Positions 19,354 through 28,016 of a DNA stretch of 42,101 bases are shown here, one piece after another. The first letter of the stretch is position 1, and each line of letters begins with the position of its first letter. The translations under genes were made by a program, and so were the position numbers. This stretch comes from an uncultured Pelagibacteraceae bacterium. GTDB taxonomy: Bacteria; Pseudomonadota; Alphaproteobacteria; Pelagibacterales; Pelagibacteraceae. Under the pieces are notes generated by a model. The model searched no databases and was not told where the DNA came from. It saw only the letters and a program-made list of their open reading frames with translations. Location: contig CACACV010000001.1 of the NCBI GenBank assembly GCA_902531025.1, forward strand, positions 1-42,101, given 5' to 3'.

Positions 19354-19414
19354 TGTTTTATTTGAAAGTGAAAATATTCCGCTTTTTTATTTAAATGTAT
19401 TATTCTATAATATT

Positions 19415-19479
19415 TATTTGGTGTCTATGATTAAATGAGACTGTGTGTAAAGGAGATTCATCACCACAGACACCAAATA
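19415..19479 (-). ncRNA. Long stem-loop in the Fe-ABC operon intergenic region (candidate structured RNA or processing element)
   Basis: Perfect 12-bp inverted repeat TATTTGGTGTCT (19415-19426)/AGACACCAAATA (19468-19479); extends to 17 bp with G-U wobbles only on the minus strand; loop contains UCUCCUUU. Confidence 0.5.
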
Positions 19480-19488
19480 TCAAGAAAA

Positions 19489-19638
19489 CTAAAAATTAAA
19501 AACTTTAAGGATATGCGGAAACTCCTTGTCTTCAATTTCTGAAAGTTTTCTCTTATTTATTCTTCTATCAATTTTTTTACACTCCTCAGCACATTGCGGA
19601 CATGACTCGGAAGATTTATTATAATCGATATCAGACAT
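19489..19638 (-). CDS. Unannotated 49-aa Cys-containing microprotein
   Basis: ATG 19638 to TAG 19489: MSDIDYNKSSESCPQCAEECKKIDRRINKRKLSEIEDKEFPHILKVFNF; alternative GTG start at 19659, 3 nt after the binding-protein stop. Confidence 0.55.
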   Translation of the reverse strand: MSDIDYNKSSESCPQCAEECKKIDRRINKRKLSEIEDKEFPHILKVFNF

Positions 19639-19662
19639 AAATTTTTTTTTAGCTTCCACTAA

Positions 19663-20691
19663 TTATTTCCAACCAGCTGCAGTCATTACTTCTAATGCTG
19701 CTGCTTGATTTTTTCCATAACTAGAAACTTTTGTTTTTAGATCTTGTTTAAAATCTAATCCCAAATTGTTTACTACTAACGGACTTGGTGAAACACCAGA
19801 AATCATTGGAAACTCAAAAGTATTATTAGTAAAATGCTCTTGAGACTCAGGTGATAACAAAAAGTCAACAAGTGCTATTGCATTTGCTTTATTTGGAGCA
19901 CCTTTAACTAGTGCAGCACAACTGATATTCATATGCGTTCCTCTATCTTGTTGATTAGGAAAGAATGCTTTAACTTTTGTTGCAGCTTCTTGTTGTTCTG
20001 CACCTTTTTTACCAGATAACATAAGAGCTAAGTAATATGTGTTAGCAACAGCAATATCTGCTTCTCCAGCAGCTACTGCCATAATTTGTGCTCTATCATT
20101 TCCTGTAGATTCTCTAGCCATGTTAGCAACAACTCCTTTTGCCCAAGCGGCAGCAGCTTTTTTTCCATTATTTTCAATTAATGAAGCTACAAGAGATTTA
20201 TTGTAAATGTTGCTAGATTTTCTAATTACTAATCTGCCTTTCCATTTTGGATCAGCTAAACCTTCATAAGTCATTCCTGATAATTCAGCACCAGTAACTC
20301 TTTCTGGTGAGTAGTAAATTATTCTTGCTCTTTTTGCTACTCCAACCCAATGTGGTGTTCTAAAATTTTTTGGAACTGAAGATTTGATTGTTGGTGAAAT
20401 TAATCCACCTTGTGTCATACCTTTTGCTTGAAAAGCACCACATCTTCCAGCATCAGCCGTGATGTAAAGGTCTGCAGATGAATCAGCGCCTTCTTCGATC
20501 ATTCTTTTTTCTAAGGCGCCTGATTTACCGTTGATTAAGTTTACTTTAATTCCAGTTGCTGCTGTAAACTTTCCATACAGATCAGCATCAGCTTTATAGT
20601 GTCTTGCGTTAAAAATATTTACTTCATTAGCAATTGCAAAAGTAGATATGATTAAAGACAGAATTAAAGATAAAATTGATATTTTTTTCAT
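19663..20691 (-). CDS. Fe3+ ABC transporter periplasmic binding protein (FutA/FbpA-like; sfuC in SAR11 nomenclature)
   Basis: Signal peptide, ARHYKAD, ADLYITADAG, IYNKSL, ANTYY tandem Tyr ligands, GTHMNIS; Fur boxes upstream. Confidence 0.92.
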   Translation of the reverse strand: MKKISILSLILSLIISTFAIANEVNIFNARHYKADADLYGKFTAATGIKVNLINGKSGALEKRMIEEGADSSADLYITADAGRCGAFQAKGMTQGGLISPTIKSSVPKNFRTPHWVGVAKRARIIYYSPERVTGAELSGMTYEGLADPKWKGRLVIRKSSNIYNKSLVASLIENNGKKAAAAWAKGVVANMARESTGNDRAQIMAVAAGEADIAVANTYYLALMLSGKKGAEQQEAATKVKAFFPNQQDRGTHMNISCAALVKGAPNKANAIALVDFLLSPESQEHFTNNTFEFPMISGVSPSPLVVNNLGLDFKQDLKTKVSSYGKNQAAALEVMTAAGWK

Positions 20692-20738
20692 TTTATTTTC
20701 CTGTGTATTTGTTTAATTTGAAAACTATCTATTGCAAT

Positions 20739-20775
20739 TGATAACCATTATCAATGATAATGATTATCAGTATCA
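20739..20775. promoter_or_regulatory. Tandem Fur boxes upstream of the Fe3+ binding-protein gene
   Basis: TGATAACCATTATCA (20739-20753), perfect 7-1-7 TGATAATGATTATCA (20755-20769); GATAATGATTATCAGTATC (20756-20774) matches the classical 19-bp Fur consensus at 17/19. Confidence 0.88.
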
Positions 20776-20818
20776 ATATGTCGCAATGTCAGGTTTTATC
20801 AAGAAAATATGACTTTTT

Positions 20819-21709
20819 TTAAAATTTCCACTCAGAAATTTTACTAAATAAGAAGTTTCTAAAGGCTTGAACTCTTGCTGTATTTTTGAGTGATTGTGGA
20901 TAAACAAAATGAGCTTCTGTTATAGGTCCTTCTATTTTAGGAAGTACTTTAATTAGATTTGTAGATTGAAAAACTAAATAGTCTGGTAAAGCCGCTAGTC
21001 CTACTCCGCTTTCAACAGCTAAAAGTAATCCCATAACACTATTTACTTTCATAATTGACTTTCTTTTAGCGTTATCTTTCATCCCTATTTTTAAGGCCCA
21101 GTCTGGGTTAAACACTGGCGAAGGAGCTCCTTTACCAAATGCTATAAATTTGTGTTTATTTAAATCATTAATTGTCTTTGGCATTCCATATTTTTCTAAA
21201 TATTTGTTAGATCCATAAATATGGTAGTTAATATCTATTAATTTTCTTTGGATATAATTTAGTTTTTTGGGTCTTCTCATGAATATCCCAATATCTGCTT
21301 GTCTGGTACTTAAATCGAGCTCTTTATCATCAAATATCAATTCTACCTCGATTTCTGGGTTTAATTTCATAAATTCTTGGATTCTTGGAGTTAGCCAATG
21401 TGTTCCAAAACTTCTAACAGTTGTAATAGTAATTTTGCCAGAAGGTTTATTTTTTTGGTCTCCTAATGAGGTTTCAACTTCCTTAAGTTTGCTTATTACC
21501 TCATGTGCAGTTTTATAAACATATTCGCCATTTTCGGTTAAGGTTAAGCCTCTTGCATGCCTTTCAAACAATTTCACTTTAAGGTCTTCTTCTAAAGATT
21601 GAATTTGTCTACTAATTGCTGATTGACTTAAGTTTAAATTTACTGTTGCACTAGTAAAACTTCCGGCTTCGGCAACTGCATGAAATATTTTTAATTTATC
21701 CCAATCCAT
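20819..21709 (-). CDS. LysR-type regulator, LsrB/VtlR-like
   Basis: MDWDKLKIFHAVAEAGSFT..LSQSAISRQI..LFERHARGL, KPSGK, ELDLSTRQAD, C-terminal AFRNFL...WKF; resembles rhizobial LsrB / Brucella VtlR as recalled. Confidence 0.88.
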   Translation of the reverse strand: MDWDKLKIFHAVAEAGSFTSATVNLNLSQSAISRQIQSLEEDLKVKLFERHARGLTLTENGEYVYKTAHEVISKLKEVETSLGDQKNKPSGKITITTVRSFGTHWLTPRIQEFMKLNPEIEVELIFDDKELDLSTRQADIGIFMRRPKKLNYIQRKLIDINYHIYGSNKYLEKYGMPKTINDLNKHKFIAFGKGAPSPVFNPDWALKIGMKDNAKRKSIMKVNSVMGLLLAVESGVGLAALPDYLVFQSTNLIKVLPKIEGPITEAHFVYPQSLKNTARVQAFRNFLFSKISEWKF

Positions 21710-21711
21710 AA

Positions 21712-22716
21712 TTATTTATTTAAGTTTATTATATATCTTCCTGTTGTTTCGCCTTTAAGCATTTTTGGATAAACATCTATTAGTTCTTCTAAATTTATCT
21801 CTTTAATTGAATGACCAAGTGAATCGAAATCGACTAATTTTGATGCTTCATCCCATAAAAATTGTCTTCTTTTTATTGAAGTATTAACCGAATTAATTCC
21901 CCAAAGTTTAACTCCTCTTATTATAAAAGGCATTACAGTTGTGTTTAATTTTATATCTGCTGCGTTTCCGCATGCAGCAACAATTCCAGCTTCTTTTGTT
22001 TGGGCTAATACATTTGCTAAAACTTGTCCACCAACTGTATCAACTGCGCCATCCCATAAACCCTTGTCTAAAGGTCTAGAATCTTTGTTTAAATCACCTG
22101 TATTTATTATGTTTTTTGCACCAATTGATTGCAAGTATTCTTTATTACTTTCTTTTCCAGTAACTGCAGTTACATTACAACCAAGTTTATTTAAAATCAT
22201 TACAGCAATACTTCCAACTCCTCCTGATGCTCCTGTAACAATCACACTTTCAACTTTTTCACCAAGCAAAAGTTCTTCTCTAGTAGTTTTTGCTGTAAAA
22301 GAACATTGTAAAGCTGTGAGTCCAGCAGTTCCCATTACCATAGCTTGTTTTGAAGTTAAGTCTTTAGGTCTTTTAACTAAAAATTCACCATTAACTTTTG
22401 CATATTGAGAAAAGCCTCCATAAAAAATTTCACCTACTCTCCAACCGGTTAAAATTATTTCATCACCTGGTTTAAATTTATCATTACTGCTTTCTTCTAC
22501 TGTACCTGAAAAATCTATACCTGGAATATGTGGAAATTCTTTTACTAGTCGTGCTCCATTTTTTAATATTAAAGCGTCTTTAAAATTTAAACTTGAATAA
22601 TCAACTTTTACTAAAACATCTCCATGTTTAAGGAAGCTTTTATCGATTGATTTAATTTCTCTATTAAAATTCTCACCCTCTTGATTAAGTATCAAGGCTT
22701 TAAAACTATCTGGCAT
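21712..22716 (-). CDS. acuI: Acrylyl-CoA reductase AcuI/YhdH family (MDR)
   Basis: YSSLNFKDAL, PGIDFSG, GTAGLTA, GASGGVGS, AVDTVGG, TVMPFIIRGV. Confidence 0.82.
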   Translation of the reverse strand: MPDSFKALILNQEGENFNREIKSIDKSFLKHGDVLVKVDYSSLNFKDALILKNGARLVKEFPHIPGIDFSGTVEESSNDKFKPGDEIILTGWRVGEIFYGGFSQYAKVNGEFLVKRPKDLTSKQAMVMGTAGLTALQCSFTAKTTREELLLGEKVESVIVTGASGGVGSIAVMILNKLGCNVTAVTGKESNKEYLQSIGAKNIINTGDLNKDSRPLDKGLWDGAVDTVGGQVLANVLAQTKEAGIVAACGNAADIKLNTTVMPFIIRGVKLWGINSVNTSIKRRQFLWDEASKLVDFDSLGHSIKEINLEELIDVYPKMLKGETTGRYIINLNK

Positions 22717-22732
22717 AATTTAATTATAAGCT

Positions 22733-23335
22733 TTATTTAGCGATAAATCTCAAATATCTATTTTGATAACTTAGATCTTCTTTAAATTGACCCAAATAAT
22801 AGTTTGTAACTGTAGTTGCTTGTTCTTTTTTAATTCCTCTCATGGTCATACACTGATGAGTTGAATCAATTGTAACAGCTACCCCTTTTGCATCTAAAGA
22901 ATCCATCAATGTCGTTGCTATTTGCATTGTAAGTCTTTCTTGTGTTTGAAGTCTTTTTGAAAATACTTCAACTACTCTTGCAAGTTTACTCAAACCAACT
23001 ACTCTAGTCTTCGGTATATAGGCTACATGAGCAACACCTATGATAGGCGCCATATGATGTTCGCAATGACTTTGTACAGAAATATTTTTTTGAACTACCA
23101 TATCGTCATAGCCATCGACATCACCAAAAGTTTTATTTAATATTTCTTTAGGATCTTCTCTGTATCCTTTAAAATATTCTTTGAAAGCTTTTACAACTCT
23201 TTTTGGAGTCTCTATCAATCCTTCTCTACCCGGATCTTCTCCCATCCATTTTAAAATTTTTATAAATGCCTCTTCTGCTTCTTTGTCAGAAATATTGTCC
23301 TTATTAAGCTGATTTTCATTTTTTACTAATTTCAT
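22733..23335 (-). CDS. folE: GTP cyclohydrolase I
   Basis: REGLIETPKRV, SHCEHH, GLSKLAR, RLQTQERLT, HQCMTMRG. Confidence 0.97.
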   Translation of the reverse strand: MKLVKNENQLNKDNISDKEAEEAFIKILKWMGEDPGREGLIETPKRVVKAFKEYFKGYREDPKEILNKTFGDVDGYDDMVVQKNISVQSHCEHHMAPIIGVAHVAYIPKTRVVGLSKLARVVEVFSKRLQTQERLTMQIATTLMDSLDAKGVAVTIDSTHQCMTMRGIKKEQATTVTNYYLGQFKEDLSYQNRYLRFIAK

Positions 23336-23413
23336 GGTGTGCTTTTATATATATAAATCCTTATTTTTAAAATATTTAATATATTTAGTAATATGTTAGA
23401 TAATTCCAAGTAT

Positions 23414-23881
23414 ATGTTTAAAAAAAGAGAAAATGTCGCTGATATAGAAGAAGGTCCTTTATTATCACCAAAATTTGATAACGATGGCCTAATTCCAGTT
23501 ATTACAACTTGCTCAAAAACTAAAGAAATTCTGATGCATGGATATATGAATGTAGAAGCTTTAAAATTAACTATCGAAACCAAAGAAGCTCATTATTGGA
23601 GCAGATCAAGAAAACAAATTTGGCACAAGGGTAAAACTAGTGGATTCGTTCAAAATGTTACAGAAATTAGAATAGACGATGATCAAGATGCGGTTTGGTT
23701 AACAGTAGATATAGGTGATGGTGCAAGCTGCCATGTAGGTTATAGATCTTGTTTCTATAGGTCCATTCCATTAGGTGAAATTAAAAATGGACGTGAAGTC
23801 GAAATGAAATTTGAAGAAAAAGAAAAAAAATTTGATCCAGAAAAAGTTTATAAAGGGCAACCAAATCCGACAAAAATATAA
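23414..23881 (+). CDS. hisI: Phosphoribosyl-AMP cyclohydrolase
   Basis: GLIPVI, YWSRSR..WHKGKTSG, DDDQDA, SCHVGYRSCFY; start 23414 (MFKKRE) or 23393. Confidence 0.93.
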   Translation: MFKKRENVADIEEGPLLSPKFDNDGLIPVITTCSKTKEILMHGYMNVEALKLTIETKEAHYWSRSRKQIWHKGKTSGFVQNVTEIRIDDDQDAVWLTVDIGDGASCHVGYRSCFYRSIPLGEIKNGREVEMKFEEKEKKFDPEKVYKGQPNPTKI

Positions 23882-24255
23882 TGAGCGAACCACAAAAAAA
23901 TGTTTTGGGTGAAAATCTAGAGGAATGTTCAAATAATCCATTAACTGGATGGTTCAGAGATGGCTGTTGTAATACCGATGAAAATGATCACGGACTGCAC
24001 ACAGTTTGTGTAAAAGTAAATAATGAATTTTTAGAATGGTGCAGAGAATCCGGTAACGATTTAATAACACCTCATCCAGAATTTGGTTTTCCTGGATTAA
24101 AAGATGGCGACAATTGGTGTGTTTGTGCAGGTTGGGTTGCTAGAGCTATAGAGGCAGGCAAAGGATGTTCTGTTTATTTAAAAAAAACTCATGAAAATAC
24201 TCTTAAAGTTGTTCCAATAGAAAAATTAAAAGAACTTGCAATAGATCTTTCTTAA
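23881..24255 (+). CDS. DUF2237 family protein
   Basis: NVLGENLEECS, TGWFRDGCC, GLHTVC, GNDLITP, FPGLKDGDNWCVCA. Confidence 0.9.
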   Translation: MSEPQKNVLGENLEECSNNPLTGWFRDGCCNTDENDHGLHTVCVKVNNEFLEWCRESGNDLITPHPEFGFPGLKDGDNWCVCAGWVARAIEAGKGCSVYLKKTHENTLKVVPIEKLKELAIDLS

Positions 24256-25875
24256 TCACATATTACCGTACTTAGGGCCTCCTCCACCCTCAGGAGTTAC
24301 CCAATTAATATTTTGTGAAGGTTCTTTAATATCGCAAGTTTTACAGTGAATGCAATTTTGTGAATTTATAACAAATTTTTCTTCATCCTGTTCTTTTTGA
24401 ACCTCATAAACTCCTACTGGACAATATCTTTGCGCAGGTTCATCAAATTTTTCCAATGTATATTTAATCGGCAAATCTTTATCTTTTAATTGTAAATGAA
24501 CTGGTTGATTATCGGAGTGGTTAGTTCCTGTTAGATATACCGAACTAGTTTTGTCAAAAGTAATTACATTGTCTGGTTTGGGATAATCAATTTTAGGCAT
24601 TTCATTTGCAGGCTTCAAAGTTTCATAGTCTGCGTGTTTATGTTTTAATGTAAAAGGTAATTTGCCTCTAAAAAGAATTTGATCAATGCCAGTAAAAATT
24701 ATTCCCAAAATCAAACCCCAACTAAAACTTGGCTTTACATTTCTTGCGGCATATAATTCTTCGTATACCCAGCTCTTCTTAAACCTTTCTTCATAGGATG
24801 CTAATTTTTTATTTTCATTTAAACAATCTACAATGGTTTCGGCCGCTATCATTCCGCTTTTCATTGCTGTATGTGAGCCTTTTATTTTTGGCATATTTAA
24901 TGTACCAGCATCACAACCAACTAATAATGCACCTGGCATATGCATTTGAGGCAAGCTTTGTAGGCCTCCTTCTATAAGAGCTCTAGCACCATAAGAAATT
25001 CTTTTACCTCCTTCAATAATTGGTTTTATTGAAGGATGTGTTTTAAACCTTTGAAATTCATCAAACGGAGACAAGTGAGGATTTTTGTAATCTAAACCAA
25101 TTACATATCCTATAAAAACTTGTTTATTTTCTGCATGATATACAAAGCTTCCACCATAAGTATTTTTATCAAGTGGCCATCCTGCGGTATGCATAACAAG
25201 ACCTTCTTCATGTTTTTCCTCTTTAATTTCCCAAATTTCTTTAAATCCAATACCATATTGTTGAGGATCTTTTCCCTTATCTAATTCAAACTTTTTAATT
25301 AGTTGTTTTCCTAGGTGTCCTCTACAACCTTCTGCAAATACTGTAATTTTTGCATGAAGTTCCATTCCTGACTCAAAACTATCTTTTTTATTACCGTCTT
25401 TATCTATACCCATGTCTTGTGTTGCTATTCCTTTTACTGATCCATCTTCTTTATAAAGAACTTCGCTTGCTGGAAAGCCTGGGAATATTTCTATACCTAA
25501 TCCTTCGGCTTGCTCAGCCAACCACCTGCATAGATTTGCAAGGCTAATAATATAATTATTATGGTTATGTTGAACTTTAGGAAGTAACCATGTTGGCCAA
25601 CTTAAAGATTTGGACTTTCCTAAAAATAAAAATTTTTCTTTATTAACTTTTGTTTTTACTGGAGCATTTAATTCTTTCCAATTAGGAAACAATTCGTCTA
25701 AGGCCCTTGTTTCAAAAACATTGCCTGACAAAATATGAGCACCTATTTCAGATGCTTTTTCTAAAAGGCAGACATTAATATCTGGATTTAACTGCTTTAA
25801 TTTAATAGCAGTTGAAAGTCCGGATGGTCCGCCACCTACGATTACTACATCGTATTCCATCACTTCTCTGGACAT
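24256..25875 (-). CDS. Electron transfer flavoprotein-ubiquinone oxidoreductase
   Basis: GGGPSG, GAHILSG, IKGSHTAMKSG, RYCPVGVYE, NCIHCKTCDIKEP 4Fe-4S motif. Confidence 0.96.
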   Translation of the reverse strand: MSREVMEYDVVIVGGGPSGLSTAIKLKQLNPDINVCLLEKASEIGAHILSGNVFETRALDELFPNWKELNAPVKTKVNKEKFLFLGKSKSLSWPTWLLPKVQHNHNNYIISLANLCRWLAEQAEGLGIEIFPGFPASEVLYKEDGSVKGIATQDMGIDKDGNKKDSFESGMELHAKITVFAEGCRGHLGKQLIKKFELDKGKDPQQYGIGFKEIWEIKEEKHEEGLVMHTAGWPLDKNTYGGSFVYHAENKQVFIGYVIGLDYKNPHLSPFDEFQRFKTHPSIKPIIEGGKRISYGARALIEGGLQSLPQMHMPGALLVGCDAGTLNMPKIKGSHTAMKSGMIAAETIVDCLNENKKLASYEERFKKSWVYEELYAARNVKPSFSWGLILGIIFTGIDQILFRGKLPFTLKHKHADYETLKPANEMPKIDYPKPDNVITFDKTSSVYLTGTNHSDNQPVHLQLKDKDLPIKYTLEKFDEPAQRYCPVGVYEVQKEQDEEKFVINSQNCIHCKTCDIKEPSQNINWVTPEGGGGPKYGNM

Positions 25876-25944
25876 ATTATTTTTCTACAGTATTTGATAT
25901 TTTTGTATAGTGTTTAATTTGTACACTTATAAAAAAAATAGTGG

Positions 25945-27994
25945 TTAGTTACCTAATGCCTCTGCGGCTTCTTCTGCAGTATAGCTTGTACCATATTGAG
26001 CATTATAAGCTGCTACTGCATCTGCAAAACTTCCATATCCCAGACCTGCTGCAGCTTGCTCTAAATTTGTTCCAATACCAATGGCTGCTGCTTCAGCAAT
26101 GGTATCAGCTACTTGTTGCAAAGAAGTTCCTAATGATCTTGCAATTTGACCTGCTTCAAAAGAACTTACTCTACTCAATAAATCAACACCACCTGCAATA
26201 TCACTCCAAGTATAACTCTGTCCGTAATAACTTGAGTTTTTCCATGACAAAGCTAATTTTTCAGGATTGTAATTTTTGCTGTATTCTTCATTATAAAATT
26301 TTACCCAGTTTGCAAAGTTATCTATTTCTATTCCATAAGATTTTCCTACTAATTTGCTATAATTGTCTAATGATACTGACCAATCCTGATTAAGAAATTC
26401 ATTAATGTTAAATTCATTTTCTGCAATTTCACTGATTGTTTGGTTCATTTCACTTTCTATGTTGTTTGTACTAGCAACAATTTCACTAAAATTATTAATA
26501 GCTAATTGTGCTTTAAGGTCATTTATATTTTCATCTGACATTTTTACCAAATTGCCTTGTCTATCTTGTAGCTCATCTGGCAATTTTCCTTTCCAAGAAT
26601 TAGCCCAATCATTTTTTGTCCAAACTTTCATATTTTCTACATTACTAAAAGACATTTCTACAACATTTGTATCTAAATCATTTTCTTCAAATTCAGCTAT
26701 GTATTGATTTACTGGAAAATTGTTATTACTTAAGTTCAAAATTGATTTATGTAAGTTTTTATTATCAATAATCTTTTTATTATTTGAGCTCATTGAAGTT
26801 AACATTAATGATTCTTGCTGTTGATTTGATAATTTTTCTGCATCAACTTTAGATAGATCTAAAATATATCTTTTTTTTATAAACTTTTTTTCCGCATTTT
26901 TTATTAAAGCACTTGTAAAGTCTGTGCTATCTAAAACTATTAGCAATTTATCACGATCACAATTTTCTCCACATTCCTCTATCATTTGCAGAGATTTTTG
27001 AAACATTGAATTAGCAATTTGATACAGTTTATTTGTTTCAGGTTGTATTTTAGATAATGCATTAAGACTTTTATTAACATCTTTAATATTTTTTTTTAAT
27101 TCTTTTTTGAAGGTTTTCTGATCAATTCTTTTTTCTGCCTTAAGTTCAATATTTTTTACAAAAAGACCATATTTTTTTTTATATATTGTAGTTTCTTTAG
27201 ATAATTTTTTTTCTTTACCTGTTAATTTATTTGTTTTTTTTTCTCCCTGGATAAGAAAATCATGCATATCCATATATCTTTTTAAAGCTTCCTCTGTTTC
27301 ATTATCTAGTGTCAAACCTATAGATTCTCTCATAGATTTTCTCGCTTGGTTTAATGAGTATAAATTTTTTATGGCTTTCCTTGTAGTTTTTTTAATGTTT
27401 GGATAATTTTTTTTAAATTTTTCTATATTTTTTTTTTCATCTTTAAGTGTTTGCATATAAAAAATTTCAAAATACCCCATAGCTTTCATAGTATTCTCTG
27501 GATATTTTGCCATTAAGGCTTTCTTTTTTATGAAAGTATTAGCCATTTCCTCCATAGCTTTTTTTGCTCTTCCATTCTCTGACATTTTAATTTTAAACAT
27601 TCCTTCAGGAACGGATTCGATTTTCTTATATTTTCCTAATTCATCTAATTCATCCAAGCTAAGGAAAGTTTTGCTTAAATCTTCTTTGTAATTTTTTACT
27701 TTTTTAATTTTTTCTTTTTTTTCCTCTATTTTCTTTTTTTTTTCAGTATTCTCTATTTCTTCTACTTTCGTTGTCTCTTTTATTTTCTTTGTTTCTTCTA
27801 TTTTCTTTGTTTCTTCTTCAGGATCAGTTTCTAAAAGAATTTTTTTTGCCTTGCTAAACTCTTCTTCTGTAATTGCACCTTCCTTATAGAGATTATTTAA
27901 TGTTGTTAATTGTTTGGTGATATTTTCTGCAAATAAAGAATTTGAAAAAAATAATATTACTGTAATTAATAAAAAAAAATCTTTTAAATGGCAT
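25945..27994 (-). pseudogene. Large secreted SHOCT-domain protein (~682 aa if repaired), +1 frameshifted in a T9 tract within the signal-peptide region
   Basis: The frame of ORF 25945-27657 stays open up to 27999 without a start codon and encodes FFLLITVILFFSNSLFA-ENITKQLTTLNNLYKEGAITEEEFSKAKKILL (SHOCT). ATG at 27994 is one base out of frame across A9 at 27971-27979; deleting one base gives MPFKRFFLLITVILFFSNSLFA. Confidence 0.75.
27781..27816. repeat. 18-bp tandem duplication (EETKKI x2) in a Lys/Glu-rich linker
   Basis: TATTTTCTTTGTTTCTTC at 27781-27798 and 27799-27816, followed in the protein by degenerate copies. Confidence 0.85.
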
Positions 27995-28016
27995 AATTTT
28001 TATTTAAAAATATTTT

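Noticed and set aside
19435-19542. Plus-strand 35-aa ORF MRLCVKEIHHHRHQ... with an upstream TATAAT (19406-19411)
   Set aside because: Overlaps the hairpin and microprotein antisense, has no SD or clear -35, and the G-U pairs favour the minus strand; the His run is likely a by-product, though an antisense transcript cannot be excluded
24240-24270. Intrinsic terminators between convergent genes (also 3357/3364, 5867/5878, 9191/9195)
   Set aside because: Gaps are 0-10 nt with no hairpin or U-tract; this is ordinary for streamlined genomes
27691-27820. Repetitive T-rich tract as a CRISPR array or non-coding repeat
   Set aside because: No repeat-spacer structure; it is an in-frame Lys/Glu-rich coding linker
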